DNA of 64,000 nt from Promethearchaeota archaeon (GCA_019057795.1 JAHLWS010000082.1:32001-96000); one strand, 5' to 3'; numbered from the stretch's first letter, positions 18,951 through 30,006 are shown. The notes: generated by a model not told the origin, from the sequence alone. Translations and numbers: made by a program.

Positions 18951-20456
18951 TTATTCTTGTAATTGCTTTTTAATTATTTTATTACAGTTTTCTAAAAAGA
19001 CATCAATTTTATCAACTGGGACTTTTGTACCTGCAGCTGGCGGATGACCTCCCCCTAATGCGTCTAAATTTGAAAGTTTTAGTGCTTCTCTAATCACCTC
19101 TGAAAGGTTTACCCCCTTTTTCACAATACTTTCATGTGCCCTACCCGATATTTTATATACTTCTTCCTCGTTTCTTTTTGCACACCCAAAAATAGGTTTT
19201 GATTTATCTATTATATCACTTTTACTAAACATTAACATAGAAGCAATCGTACCAATAATAGTTTCTGATATGACTTCTTCTCCAAAAAAAAATTGGATGT
19301 GCTCTTTGAGTTGAATTTTATTTTCATCCTGTATCCATGATAATGCTTGGGCTAAAGATTTCTTGTACTCTATTAAATGCTCTCTTGCTTTCTTATAAGC
19401 GATTCTTCTATCACCCATTGCAATAGCGATTCCTAACGATCCATTATGACTTCTCCCGCATGAATTTAAAAGATAAGAAAATTCTTTTAAATCGTGTAAT
19501 TCAGAACTAACTAATTCATTTTTTAATATATACCTATTAATAATAAGCTTGTTTGTAATTTCAGAAGGCTCAACACCAAGTTTAAGAGATACATATCTAA
19601 TTATGGCCGAAGAAATTTTCTGTTTTTCTTCTTGGTTAAAATCATTTAATGTTCTTATATTTCCATCTGAATTTTCCATTAAAATTCCTAAAGTTTGTAA
19701 AAATTTTAACATTTTACTCGTATTTCCACTTAATCCCGGTAGATTAATATCGGAAGAGTAGGCTATTGCTTCATTTATAGGTTTAATAGGAGAAAAATTC
19801 AAGTCATTTATCTTTTCGACTAAATCTGCCTTAGTGGCATGTTCTAAAATAATAGAATTTAACCCGGTAAAAGAATTATAAGGCCCCCGATTTTGAATAT
19901 CACCCGTTGCCCCTATTAGTGCTATTGGAGACAAATCTAAATTATTCTCATTTAACGCTTTAGCAAAGAAGTAACAAATTCCTGCTCCAGAAATTTCTGT
20001 ACTACCATCAATTTCATAAAAATAAGGATTTATATGCCAAGGCTTTGAATTTTTGTAAACTTCTTTAATTTTATCGTCATTCTTATCTGAAATATTCTGG
20101 GGGAAATGGTGATCTAAAATAATATAAGGAGTATTTATTTTATCATTATTCAATTTATCATCGAGTTCTAAATATTGTCCACTTCCAAAATCGGAAAAAA
20201 TCACCAAATTATTATAGTCCTGAACCTTTTCTGCGATTTTTATAATCTCTTCTCTTTCTAATTGTCTTAACACAGAAATCTGAAAAGGAATACGCTCTCT
20301 ATATAGAGCCTTCCCAAGAATTGCCCCAGATGTTAACCCATCTGCATCTAAATGAGTATATATCTGAACAGAAGCCTCAGATTTTTTTAAATGATCTTGA
20401 AACCATTTTATTGTTTCTGTTAGATCAGAGGTTAATAATTTAAGTTTTTTTTTCAT
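18951..20456 (-). CDS. RecJ/Cdc45-like DHH-DHHA1 nuclease
   Basis: HLDADG, DFGSG, DHH, ATGDIQ, GGGHPPAAG. Confidence 0.9.
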   Translation of the reverse strand: MKKKLKLLTSDLTETIKWFQDHLKKSEASVQIYTHLDADGLTSGAILGKALYRERIPFQISVLRQLEREEIIKIAEKVQDYNNLVIFSDFGSGQYLELDDKLNNDKINTPYIILDHHFPQNISDKNDDKIKEVYKNSKPWHINPYFYEIDGSTEISGAGICYFFAKALNENNLDLSPIALIGATGDIQNRGPYNSFTGLNSIILEHATKADLVEKINDLNFSPIKPINEAIAYSSDINLPGLSGNTSKMLKFLQTLGILMENSDGNIRTLNDFNQEEKQKISSAIIRYVSLKLGVEPSEITNKLIINRYILKNELVSSELHDLKEFSYLLNSCGRSHNGSLGIAIAMGDRRIAYKKAREHLIEYKKSLAQALSWIQDENKIQLKEHIQFFFGEEVISETIIGTIASMLMFSKSDIIDKSKPIFGCAKRNEEEVYKISGRAHESIVKKGVNLSEVIREALKLSNLDALGGGHPPAAGTKVPVDKIDVFLENCNKIIKKQLQE

Positions 20457-20541
20457 TTTTTTATAAAATTTTAATATAAACTTAATTTAATATATTAAAA
20501 TAAGAATTTAATATTAAATACTCAATTAAAAAAAATTTTAA

Positions 20542-21549
20542 GTGAAAAATATGACACACCATGTCAAAATTAATGAGCTAACTTTAAAGCTTGTTGAAAA
20601 AATAATTGAAAATAAAGAATTTTATAAAGCCGAAATACATAAATTTGATAATGGCGCTACAGTCTTAGATATGACAAATGCATCTTGGAACGGGGGAAAA
20701 CTAGTTGGTGAAATTTGTATGGGCGGATTAGGAACGGTTGATTTTACTTCCTATAACTTAGATGGTCATTATATACCGAGTGTCAATGTTTATACTTCCG
20801 AACCAATAATTTCTTGTATGGCATCTCAACTAGCGGGATGGAATGTAAAATTGAAAAAAGAAGTAGAAAAAGAAGGCGTAATAAAAAAAAAGACAATTTT
20901 TCAATCATTAGGTTCAGGACCTGCTAGAGCTAAAAGTAAAGTTGAAAAGTTATTTGAAGAAATTAATTACGCCGATGATTCGGACTGTGCTGTGATTGTT
21001 TTTGAAACCGCAAAGTTGCCTAACGAAGAAGTGATGGCAATAGTAGCAGAAAAATGTGGAGTAGATGCAAGTAAGACTTATGCCGTCTGCGCGCCTACTG
21101 CTTGTTTAACGGGGTCTATCCAAGTTGCTGCTAGAATCGTAGAAACGGGTATACATAAACTCCATGAAATACATTTTCCTTTAGATGTGCTCAAAGATGG
21201 TTTTGGAACGACTACAATAGCTCCTATTGCTAAAGATGATCTTGGAGCTATGGGGCGAACTAATGATTCAATTAGTGCAGCTGGTATGACTTACTATACA
21301 ATTGATGTCGAAAAAGACAAACAAGCTGAGATTTTTGATCTGCTTAAAAAAGCTCCAGCCAATACATCGTCTAGCTATGGAAGACCATTTATAGAAACAT
21401 TTAAAGCAGCGAATTATGATTTTTATGCGATTGATCCAGGATTATTCGCTCCGGCTATTTATACTGTAACGAATGTTCAAACAGGAAAGAGTATTACAGT
21501 TGGTGAAATTAACCATAATTTATTAAAAGAGTCCTATAAGTTAAATTAA
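20542..21549 (+). CDS. mch: Methenyltetrahydromethanopterin cyclohydrolase
   Basis: ICMGGLG, SQLAGW, GSGPARA, GSIQVAARIVETG.HK, MGRTND, YGRPF, DPGLFAPA. Confidence 0.95.
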   Translation: MKNMTHHVKINELTLKLVEKIIENKEFYKAEIHKFDNGATVLDMTNASWNGGKLVGEICMGGLGTVDFTSYNLDGHYIPSVNVYTSEPIISCMASQLAGWNVKLKKEVEKEGVIKKKTIFQSLGSGPARAKSKVEKLFEEINYADDSDCAVIVFETAKLPNEEVMAIVAEKCGVDASKTYAVCAPTACLTGSIQVAARIVETGIHKLHEIHFPLDVLKDGFGTTTIAPIAKDDLGAMGRTNDSISAAGMTYYTIDVEKDKQAEIFDLLKKAPANTSSSYGRPFIETFKAANYDFYAIDPGLFAPAIYTVTNVQTGKSITVGEINHNLLKESYKLN

Positions 21550-21612
21550 AATTAACTTTATCAATATAACTCTAATTTTTTTTTATTTTATACTAAATAA
21601 CGGTTCAAAAAT

Positions 21613-22806
21613 CTAAAAATTAGTTAATTCTCTTTGATATTTTAATATTTCTACATCGGAGATATCTTTATCAACTTTAATTTGTTTATGGATTCCTAAA
21701 TAAGCACAAGCTATTTTAGCTGCTGCAGCAATTTCAGCTTTTTTTAAGGTTAGAGAATATTCGTCAACAGGTTGTGCTTGATCGATATAGCGTGTTTTTC
21801 GATAATTTCTCTCATTTTGTATTGATTCATCTAAAAATGGGTCGTATTGGTAATTTTTTTCTTGTAATTCTGTAGCTCTTTCAGATTTCATCTTGTATAA
21901 TAAAGAAGCCATTTTATCAGCTACATTGAAAGGTAATTGATTTTTTATTATAATTCTAATGATGTTGTTTATGTCAAAATAATTTAAGGTGTCATACTTT
22001 GCTCTTATAAAGCATTTAAGGTTTTCAGAATTTTTTTGACATTCTATCTCTGTCCAATCGTGAATCGCCATCTTCCTTCGGAAAAAGATTAATTCCCAAT
22101 CGATTCCTAACTCTTTTAAAAATTTAAATAATTTGTCATCATTCGGTTTTCTTGATTCTATAATAATAAATAATTGTAGACCATAGTACTTATGCTCTTC
22201 TTGTAGGAAATATCCTCGCTGTTGCATTGACGCAAGAATTTTGATCTTTAAAGAGTAAATATTATCAGAAACTTCCCTTTTTTCACAATTTAAATAAATT
22301 ACATTTCCTTCTTCACTAATATATTCACTATCAAGAAAGCCTAAAATGCTATCATCGTTTTCTTGAATAAAATCCCTCAATCCACTAAGAGTTGGTTTTA
22401 CATCATACTTTGTTAAATCATTTTCTCTGATTGTAACGTAATCCGTATTACTTCCTCCAACTGCTAATTTAATAGATTTCAATTTTAACTCTTTTTCCTC
22501 TCCAAACACAATTTTAAAAGCATCAATTAAGGGAAAAATTTCATTCTCTAAAATTTTTAGATTAGCCATTGAACTTTCAAAAGGTTGCGGCGAATCAAGC
22601 AATTTGTTTAATACTGGCGCCTCTGAAGCATCGACTTCAATTTCATAATCTTTTGCTAAGTTCTTTCGAATAATACAAAAAGATCTTCTTTTTTTATTAT
22701 ATATAGAAAGAGATGTATAATTGTCTATAACCGCTCGAAATTGTTCGTTGTACATATCATCAAAACTTTTCGATTTGAGCTTTCTTTTTCTCATGAGCTT
22801 AGCCAA
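21613..22806 (-). CDS. Hypothetical protein
   Basis: 397-aa ORF in AT-rich DNA; no motif recognised. Confidence 0.7.
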   Translation of the reverse strand: MAKLMRKRKLKSKSFDDMYNEQFRAVIDNYTSLSIYNKKRRSFCIIRKNLAKDYEIEVDASEAPVLNKLLDSPQPFESSMANLKILENEIFPLIDAFKIVFGEEKELKLKSIKLAVGGSNTDYVTIRENDLTKYDVKPTLSGLRDFIQENDDSILGFLDSEYISEEGNVIYLNCEKREVSDNIYSLKIKILASMQQRGYFLQEEHKYYGLQLFIIIESRKPNDDKLFKFLKELGIDWELIFFRRKMAIHDWTEIECQKNSENLKCFIRAKYDTLNYFDINNIIRIIIKNQLPFNVADKMASLLYKMKSERATELQEKNYQYDPFLDESIQNERNYRKTRYIDQAQPVDEYSLTLKKAEIAAAAKIACAYLGIHKQIKVDKDISDVEILKYQRELTNF

Positions 22807-23068
22807 AAAATATTCTTTGTTTATTTAATAAAAAAACAATTTTATAATTTTATGTATATGAAAAAATATAATTGTCTTTTATTAATATTACTCAATTAAT
22901 AATCTTTTGATAACTTTTTATTAAAAAATAGCATAGCTAGTTAGTTTATTATTACATTATACGGTATTTAGAATTTTATGCGATCCTAATCTCTTAATTA
23001 AACATAAATCAAGTAAAAGTTCTAAAAGCAGAGTAACAAAAGTAAATTCATTGAACTTAAATAAAATT

Positions 23069-23248
23069 CTAATCTAATTCGTCCTCTAAGAAGTATTTAC
23101 TTCCCTTTTTCTTATATATTATTGTTGAGCCAAAAGTATTTCGCATAGTATATTTGTCTCCTTCAACTTCTAATAATTCAATAGAATAAGGCAACGCTCT
23201 ATCTTTTAGTATTTCATTGACAATTCTTTTTTCTTCTGCAGGGTCCAT
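23069..23248 (-). CDS. Small hypothetical protein, 59 aa (absent from the ORF track)
   Basis: ATG at 23248 to TAG at 23069: MDPAEEKRIVNEILKDRALPYSIELLEVEGDKYTMRNTFGSTIIYKKKGSKYFLEDELD; co-oriented with neighbours, protein-like composition. Confidence 0.7.
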   Translation of the reverse strand: MDPAEEKRIVNEILKDRALPYSIELLEVEGDKYTMRNTFGSTIIYKKKGSKYFLEDELD

Positions 23249-23319
23249 AATATAAAAATATCATGCGGTAAAAAAAAATTTTCTGTTTTCTTAAAATGAT
23301 ATGTTTAAATAAAAGTTAC

Positions 23320-23802
23320 TTACAACGATGCTTTTCCCGTTATCTCAATAATATTTAATCTTATAATACATATGTTATCATATGCTTGTTTATTTTTAAG
23401 GAGTCTTTTTTTAATTTTACCTGGATTATCTTCTAAGTGATTTAGAATGATGTTAAACCCGTGTTTTTTTTCTTCCAAATCCTCTACAGTTGCCATTTTA
23501 CCCCAGAACACGATAGAACGGTACTTATGAGAACAATCGTTCATTACATAACCTAGATCGTCCACTATTGTGCCACACACATTCGAGTTTTCCCTTAAAA
23601 ACTCAACCTTTAACCCTTCTTTAGCACTATGAAAGTATAAAGAATTCCGTTTCAAGTCAAAACCATAACTTAAAGTTACGATATAAGGTTCGTTAGCTCT
23701 ACACATTGAAATCGTCGCAAACTTTCCATTTTTCAATATTTCAATTATTTTATTTTTATTCGTTATTTCCCTTTCTTTTTTTTTCATATGATATTTCAGC
23801 AT
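23320..23802 (-). CDS. Pyridoxamine 5'-phosphate oxidase-like (NimA-like) flavin-binding protein
   Basis: EREI, PYIVTLSYG, LYFHSAKEG.K, YRSIVFWG. Confidence 0.88.
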   Translation of the reverse strand: MLKYHMKKKEREITNKNKIIEILKNGKFATISMCRANEPYIVTLSYGFDLKRNSLYFHSAKEGLKVEFLRENSNVCGTIVDDLGYVMNDCSHKYRSIVFWGKMATVEDLEEKKHGFNIILNHLEDNPGKIKKRLLKNKQAYDNICIIRLNIIEITGKASL

Positions 23803-24058
23803 ATCTCACACTAATATTTAAATTATTATTTCCAAATAATTTTGCCTAAAAATTGCGTAATAATAGTAATTCCTCTGGATATTACTCTATTATTTAAAAA
23901 ACTAATCTCAATCAAAAATAATCGTAAATAAAACTAACGGTCTCAACGGTTTTATTAAGAAATCGTGAAAAATTTAATAAAAACTTATGTTTAAAATATA
24001 AATAAACTTCTAGATAAACATACAATACAATTAAAATATTTGTTTTTGGATAATAACC

Positions 24059-25306
24059 ATGGCTAAACAGGTACTTGAAATCGGCTTTTTCAGCACAATG
24101 TACAGTCAGATTAATGGTACTGCTCATGCTGTTCGATTTTTATCCGAAGCAATCGCAAAACTTGGTCATAATGTTCATGTTTTTGCTCCTCGAGTTCAAA
24201 ATGGGTACAAAAAGCCGAAAACTTTACATTTTCACGAAGTTGGGGGTGTAATGATTGCACCTAAAACGGGTTTTGTTTTAAGTGCCCCTATACATAAAAT
24301 CTTTTTCTGCAAACACGATTATCTCGATATTTCCCACATCCATACGCATGCTGTTGTAGGATCTATGGCCGTAAATTGGTCCAAATATTTAGGGATTCCA
24401 ATGATAGGAACTCATAATAGTCCTATGCAATATTACACAGCTCAATATGTTCCGATCATTGGTAAACTACTGACAAAAGGCGACCTTATTTGGAGATACG
24501 AACGCCATATAGTAGATAAATACGATATTGTTCATGTCGCTACAAAATCCAAAAAAGATTTGTTAAGAGATTACAGATTTAAAGAACCAATAGTTTGTAT
24601 GACGAATGGTATTCACGATTTATATTTTACAAATTTGAAAGAAAATGGGATTCGTGAAAAATATAATTTAGAAGGTAAAAAGGTCCTTTTATATGCATCA
24701 AGGCTATCCCCAGAAAAACACCCCATAGATATTATTAAAATATTTAAAGAAGTACATAAAGCAATTCCTAACGCTCACCTATTATTAGTTGGAAGCGACG
24801 GTCCATCAACTGACCAAGTAAAAAGAATAATTAAAAAGAAACAATATCGAGATTTCGTTTCGTATGCTGGTAGAATACCTTTTCCAGATTTATTAAAATT
24901 ATATGATACAGCAGATCTAACTTGCTTGTGGTCGTGGGTTGAAGCTGAGGGGCTTGTACTACTCGAAGCGATGGCTCAGGGAACCCCTTCTGTTGGAGCA
25001 AATGCTTGTGGAATTAGCAATATAATTCGACATGGTGAAACGGGATATTTAGCAAATAATCTCGATCAATTTAAAGATTATGTTATAAAGTTATTAAAAG
25101 ATGACGATCTTAGGGCAGAATTTGGAAAAAATGCTCAAAAAGTAGCTCAAGATTATAGAGTAAGCGAAATTGCAAAAACATGGATTAAGTTATACAATTT
25201 CACAATTAACGAACTCTATCCTTTACGATACAATAGAAAAGATAGAAAAACTCGTGTGGAGTTAGTAAAAGAATTTATCCTACACTTGCCAAATGTAACC
25301 TTTTAA
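24059..25306 (+). CDS. GT4 family glycosyltransferase
   Basis: NGTAH, HIHT, RLSPEK, GSDGP, EAEGLVLLEAMAQG. Confidence 0.92.
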   Translation: MAKQVLEIGFFSTMYSQINGTAHAVRFLSEAIAKLGHNVHVFAPRVQNGYKKPKTLHFHEVGGVMIAPKTGFVLSAPIHKIFFCKHDYLDISHIHTHAVVGSMAVNWSKYLGIPMIGTHNSPMQYYTAQYVPIIGKLLTKGDLIWRYERHIVDKYDIVHVATKSKKDLLRDYRFKEPIVCMTNGIHDLYFTNLKENGIREKYNLEGKKVLLYASRLSPEKHPIDIIKIFKEVHKAIPNAHLLLVGSDGPSTDQVKRIIKKKQYRDFVSYAGRIPFPDLLKLYDTADLTCLWSWVEAEGLVLLEAMAQGTPSVGANACGISNIIRHGETGYLANNLDQFKDYVIKLLKDDDLRAEFGKNAQKVAQDYRVSEIAKTWIKLYNFTINELYPLRYNRKDRKTRVELVKEFILHLPNVTF

Positions 25307-26004
25307 AAATTATCTCTCTCTCTAACTTTTTCTAGTTTTAATTTACATTTCTCACATAGATAAATAGATTTTCTATCAATTTCTTTAATATTTTTAGAGA
25401 AGCGCATAACACAATAATCGTTAAGGCAATGCCCACAATCTAATATTAAATGTCCAATTTCATGAATTACTTCTTTAAAGATCCTCCTTTCTATCTTTTT
25501 CAATTTAAACTCTTCAAGATTAAATAAATCTATAAGGTTATGAGTAGACACTATAGCACACATATATTTAATATGTGCCTCTCCAAATAGAAATAATAAA
25601 TTTTCATTACTACTAGAATAGATTGGTAAATTTGTCAATCCTAGACCAATATCTATATTATATTCAAATTTTTTATCAATAATAATTTCATAAAATTTAC
25701 TAGTTGGTTGGAGGAGCACCTTTTCTGAAGATTTATTTAATAAATTATATTCCTCCTTAACCCTTAATTCAAACATATCAGGGTGTAAATTTGTATCTGC
25801 TATAAATTGAATGTCAAAAAAAAAAGAATCGAATGTTTGATCCAAATGAAATCTCAACTTGTTTAACATAGACATTGAAACATTACCTATAAAAATAATT
25901 CCCAAATGACATGGAAAAATAATTTGTCTATATTTAGATTGATTTATTGGTAAAGCTAGAGCGTGCTTATTTAAAAAATCTTTATCATTTTGAAATTTTG
26001 ACAT
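25303..26004 (-). CDS. Archaemetzincin-like Zn metalloprotease (M54)
   Basis: FLFGEA, KEVIHEIGH....HC...CVMRFS.....D......C..C. Confidence 0.88.
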   Translation of the reverse strand: MSKFQNDKDFLNKHALALPINQSKYRQIIFPCHLGIIFIGNVSMSMLNKLRFHLDQTFDSFFFDIQFIADTNLHPDMFELRVKEEYNLLNKSSEKVLLQPTSKFYEIIIDKKFEYNIDIGLGLTNLPIYSSSNENLLFLFGEAHIKYMCAIVSTHNLIDLFNLEEFKLKKIERRIFKEVIHEIGHLILDCGHCLNDYCVMRFSKNIKEIDRKSIYLCEKCKLKLEKVRERDNF

Positions 26005-26123
26005 AATAAAATTATTTTAACAAACGGTTATACTCTTTTTTTATTCATAATTATTATCTATTTAAGCTATTAATAATTTTATTAATTTAAATAATTATTA
26101 TAAAAATCTTTCCTAATATTGTA

Positions 26124-27191
26124 ATGTCGGATAATCCTAAACATGTAAATTCTCAAGACGATGACCAAAGAGATGCTCAATTAAATTTGGAAATTAACGA
26201 GAAGCAAAAAGAAGTAATAGAAAAAGATTTTGTACCTCACTTTCTACCTACATACAGAATTAAATCTTTGTTATATCCCTTACCTATTATAATAGTTATT
26301 GTTTTTGCTGCTATTTTAGCTTACCTCACATTTTTTGTTGCGGGTATTCAGATTGAAGAAAGCTACTTTCCTGAAGACGAATTTGGGCCCTTGGCCGTCG
26401 TATTAAATGGGGTTATATTCACTATAGTGGCAGTAGTTTCAGCGTTTGTTATCGTCTTTTTAATAAAAAAATTTGGAATAGGCGTTTTAAAATACATTTT
26501 TGGACTGAGTTTTGCTTTTATAAGTTTCTTTATGACTCTATTGTTTTCTGAGGTAATTATATATTTAATCTTTGTCCAATTTCCTGAAACTACTTTCGTT
26601 TTGAAACTTTATTTTCTATTTATTAACGTCTACTTGCCAATACTGACGGCAATTTTAGTCTTTCTACTACTTTACAAATACTTTACTTCAAAATCAATTA
26701 ATACAAAAAACTTAATCGTTTTATACGTCAGCTTATTAATTAGTGCTTCGATGAGTATTATTTTGCCCTTTTGGAGCACATTAGCTATATTAATTGGCAT
26801 CTCGCTTTGGGATATCTTTGGAGTTCTTTATAAACATGGTCCAATTAAAGCTATGATGGATATAGCTACCCAAAATGACGATGAAAATAGCTTAACAAAA
26901 GCAGAAATAAAAGAAAAAATTAAAAACGGTGAGACAATCTACGATACCTCTAAACTAGAGATTGGTATCGGAGATTTGGCTTTTTACAGTTTACTTACTT
27001 CCAGCGTCCTTCTTTATACAAATAACATAATAATTATGATTTTAACCACAGTTGCAATTCTGATCGGAACAGGAATTACAATATCGGGATTAAAAAGAAA
27101 TAAAATTTTGCCTGGGCTCCCAATTTCTATTTTCTTAGGCATAGGTGCTTTTTTACTGTCTCAATTTGTAATTAATATCTTTTTTATGTGA
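26124..27191 (+). CDS. Presenilin-family intramembrane aspartyl protease
   Basis: Multi-TM protein; catalytic WD and GIGD motifs, GP loop, PGLP (PAL-like) motif. Confidence 0.9.
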   Translation: MSDNPKHVNSQDDDQRDAQLNLEINEKQKEVIEKDFVPHFLPTYRIKSLLYPLPIIIVIVFAAILAYLTFFVAGIQIEESYFPEDEFGPLAVVLNGVIFTIVAVVSAFVIVFLIKKFGIGVLKYIFGLSFAFISFFMTLLFSEVIIYLIFVQFPETTFVLKLYFLFINVYLPILTAILVFLLLYKYFTSKSINTKNLIVLYVSLLISASMSIILPFWSTLAILIGISLWDIFGVLYKHGPIKAMMDIATQNDDENSLTKAEIKEKIKNGETIYDTSKLEIGIGDLAFYSLLTSSVLLYTNNIIIMILTTVAILIGTGITISGLKRNKILPGLPISIFLGIGAFLLSQFVINIFFM

Positions 27192-27257
27192 TTTTCGATT
27201 TTCTACTATATAATGGATTGATAAATTATGTTCATTATTAATTAAAAATTCTAAAAG

Positions 27258-28460
27258 TTGAGAGAAATAATGGTTGATTTAAGTCTTATTAAAACATTTA
27301 CGGTTGTTGGTGCCGGAACTATGGGGAGAGAAATAGCACAAGTTGCTTTAATGTCAGATATGTTTGACAAGGTTATTTTGAACGACATTAACGAAAATGC
27401 TCTAAATAACGCGAAAAAATATATTAAACTTGGTATAGAAAAAATTGAATCTAAAGGAAAGTTAGGCCAAGGATTAACCACGCTTTCTCTAATTAAAAAC
27501 CTCATTATTGATAAAAATCTAATTAATTCTATTAAAGAAGCAGATTTTATTGTAGAAGCGATACCCGAAGTAATGGAATTAAAGCAAGATCTATTCAAAG
27601 AACTAGGGCAACACGCGCCAGAACATGCAGTATTAGCAACAAATACGTCAACGATGAGCATTTCTAAAATCGCCGAAGCGTCAAACAGGCCCGAACAAGT
27701 AATTGGGATGCATTTTTTTACGCCTATTCCGTTACTCCGATTAATTGAATTAATTAAAGGAGAAAAAACATCTCAAGAAGCGTTTAACTTGGGAGTAGCA
27801 ATTGGTCAAAAGCTACCAGCGCTCAAAGGCAAAAGATATATAGCAAAAATAGAAAAAGAAAGTCCAGGCTTTATTGTAAACCGCTTAACCATTGCAACAA
27901 GCCTCTTATTTAATTGGATTTTAGATATGGCTACTGATAAAGGGATTCCTTACGAGAAAATCGACAACGACTTCGTGTCTCCCCCTGGATTGGGGCCTTT
28001 AGCTAAATGGGATTTTTTAGGCTTAGATGTTGTTTGTGATGTCATGAATTACTTTGTCAAAGAAATATCGCCTGAATTTACTCCTGGTAAAACGCTTACA
28101 AACCTTCTCAAAGAAGGTAATCTGGGACGAAAAACGGCGAGAGGTATTTACGAATGGGTTGAAGGAAAACCTAATCGTAAAACTGATGAAAAAGCAGGAT
28201 TATTCAACCCAGAACAATATTATGCAATTCAATTAAACGAAGGTTGTAGATTATTAGAGGAAAAAATTGTTTCTGGATATAAAGTAATTGACGACACTAT
28301 GTTAGCTGGAATGGACATGCCCGGACCTTTTGGAGTTGGTAAAAAGAATTACGAAAAATGGTCTCAAATGTTAGACGATCTTTCAGAATTTACTGGAATA
28401 GCCTATTTTAGACCGTGCAACTTAATGAAATCTGGAAATTTTCTAAAAATGCGAAAATAA
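27258..28460 (+). CDS. 3-hydroxyacyl-CoA dehydrogenase
   Basis: VVGAGTMG..IA, VEAIPE, ATNTS, GMHFF, PGFIVNR, GRKT..GIY. Confidence 0.92.
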   Translation: MREIMVDLSLIKTFTVVGAGTMGREIAQVALMSDMFDKVILNDINENALNNAKKYIKLGIEKIESKGKLGQGLTTLSLIKNLIIDKNLINSIKEADFIVEAIPEVMELKQDLFKELGQHAPEHAVLATNTSTMSISKIAEASNRPEQVIGMHFFTPIPLLRLIELIKGEKTSQEAFNLGVAIGQKLPALKGKRYIAKIEKESPGFIVNRLTIATSLLFNWILDMATDKGIPYEKIDNDFVSPPGLGPLAKWDFLGLDVVCDVMNYFVKEISPEFTPGKTLTNLLKEGNLGRKTARGIYEWVEGKPNRKTDEKAGLFNPEQYYAIQLNEGCRLLEEKIVSGYKVIDDTMLAGMDMPGPFGVGKKNYEKWSQMLDDLSEFTGIAYFRPCNLMKSGNFLKMRK

Positions 28461-28578
28461 TTTGTCATAAAGCTCTAATTAAGATATCAAATTTTAAGTA
28501 AATAAATTTTCAAGAATAAATATTAATTTATAACATATATTAATCTAAATTATCGATACAATTATTTCTTCATGAAAA

Positions 28579-28866
28579 ATGAATGAAAAAGATTCAGCTC
28601 CTAAAACGGGTTTCCAAAAAATTATAAATTTTTTTAACAATAATCTTGAAATGAATCATCCAATCGCAATCGCTGAAGTAGTTGAGAAAACCGGATTCTC
28701 GTGGAGCTTCGTGAAAAAAACACTAGCTAAAATAAAAGAAGAATACGATGGATTTCATTTTGAAAAATCAGGAAGCACCTGGATTATGTGGAAAGATAGA
28801 AATCATATTATAAAGAAATTGGACGAAACTTGTTCTCGATTTTTAAAAGATGATGATAAATGCTGA
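28579..28866 (+). CDS. Small winged-helix protein
   Basis: IAEVVEKTGFSWSFVKKTL HTH followed by a beta-wing. Confidence 0.6.
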   Translation: MNEKDSAPKTGFQKIINFFNNNLEMNHPIAIAEVVEKTGFSWSFVKKTLAKIKEEYDGFHFEKSGSTWIMWKDRNHIIKKLDETCSRFLKDDDKC

Positions 28867-28869
28867 GGA

Positions 28870-30006
28870 TTATCTTTTTTTTCTCAACTTTTTACCAGCT
28901 AAATATAAGATACAGCACCCTGGACATATTGGCATGAATTTTTTTGACTCCATATAATCTCTGAACTTCTTATATTTCTCTCCATTCCAAATGTCGGCAA
29001 TACTATTCTCATGTAGATTTCCAAGCACTAAATCATAGAAGATATGGCAAGGGGCAACATCACCATTAGCAACAATCTCAGTTGACACCCAAGGAATAAT
29101 GCACTTCTCATATACATCAGTCATCTGATCCCAATTCGAAGTTAGATACGCTTCTAAATTCTGTGAAGAAAAAGTAGGTGGTAGAAGCACCGCGTACTTA
29201 TTTTGACTCGAATAATAGGTTCGCACTCTATTTACTTGTCTAGATAACTCAGTTCTATCTATTTCATTGAATTCAGATGGTAAACGGACCAAACCCTTCC
29301 AATAGGTATCACTTTGAATTCCAAATTCTGAACTGAGAAATTCTGCGTAATCTTCTCCCATCTGTTTTGTAATATAGTTCTGCATTTGTATTGTAATACG
29401 GTCTAATTTTGAAATATCAAGATCCTGCAAGAAAAATTCCTCGATTGTTAGAAAGTTATCAGAAGTTACAGTGAAAATTATATCAATAAGAGGTTTTTTT
29501 GCTTTATTCTTCTCTTTCACCTCAAAAAGATCATTTATTCCTTGTATTGCCTTTTCATAGCTCCCTACCCCTCTCATTTTATCATTTATATCTCGAGGTC
29601 CATCAAGGGAAACCCGCACCAAGTCAAATTCTTTTTTTACCAATAATTCTGCATTATCGGACAAAAGTGTTCCATTTGTTGGAGTATTTACAAAGGAATT
29701 TTTCTTTTTAATTTCATCTATTAACTCTTCAAAATAAGGATATAGTAGCGGTTCTCCACCGAATAGCGAATAAGTTGGTTTTGCAATCGCAAGTTCCCTG
29801 ATCAAGTTCCTAACGATTTCAAAATTTAGAGTCTTGGGTTTTTTTTTGGTCTGAGATGTAGAATACGCACCAGTTTCCCCCCAATAATAACATATTTTAC
29901 AACGCAAATTACAATTTTCAGTAAGATGGAGCGTTATATTACGAGGTAACGAAGGAATTTTTGACATTGAAATCGAAATTAATAGATCATTAAAGTATTT
30001 TAGCAT
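28870..30006 (-). CDS. Radical SAM/SPASM domain protein
   Basis: CNLRCKIC, GGEP, TNG, SLDG; C-terminal CIIPW...GDVAPC...C.GC. Confidence 0.92.
   Translation of the reverse strand: MLKYFNDLLISISMSKIPSLPRNITLHLTENCNLRCKICYYWGETGAYSTSQTKKKPKTLNFEIVRNLIRELAIAKPTYSLFGGEPLLYPYFEELIDEIKKKNSFVNTPTNGTLLSDNAELLVKKEFDLVRVSLDGPRDINDKMRGVGSYEKAIQGINDLFEVKEKNKAKKPLIDIIFTVTSDNFLTIEEFFLQDLDISKLDRITIQMQNYITKQMGEDYAEFLSSEFGIQSDTYWKGLVRLPSEFNEIDRTELSRQVNRVRTYYSSQNKYAVLLPPTFSSQNLEAYLTSNWDQMTDVYEKCIIPWVSTEIVANGDVAPCHIFYDLVLGNLHENSIADIWNGEKYKKFRDYMESKKFMPICPGCCILYLAGKKLRKKR

Noticed and set aside
22807-23068. tRNA or structured ncRNA in the longer intergenic gaps (also 6578-6796, 37089-37325, 50616-50809)
   Set aside because: Very AT-rich, with no cloverleaf, T-loop motif or GC-rich stems visible
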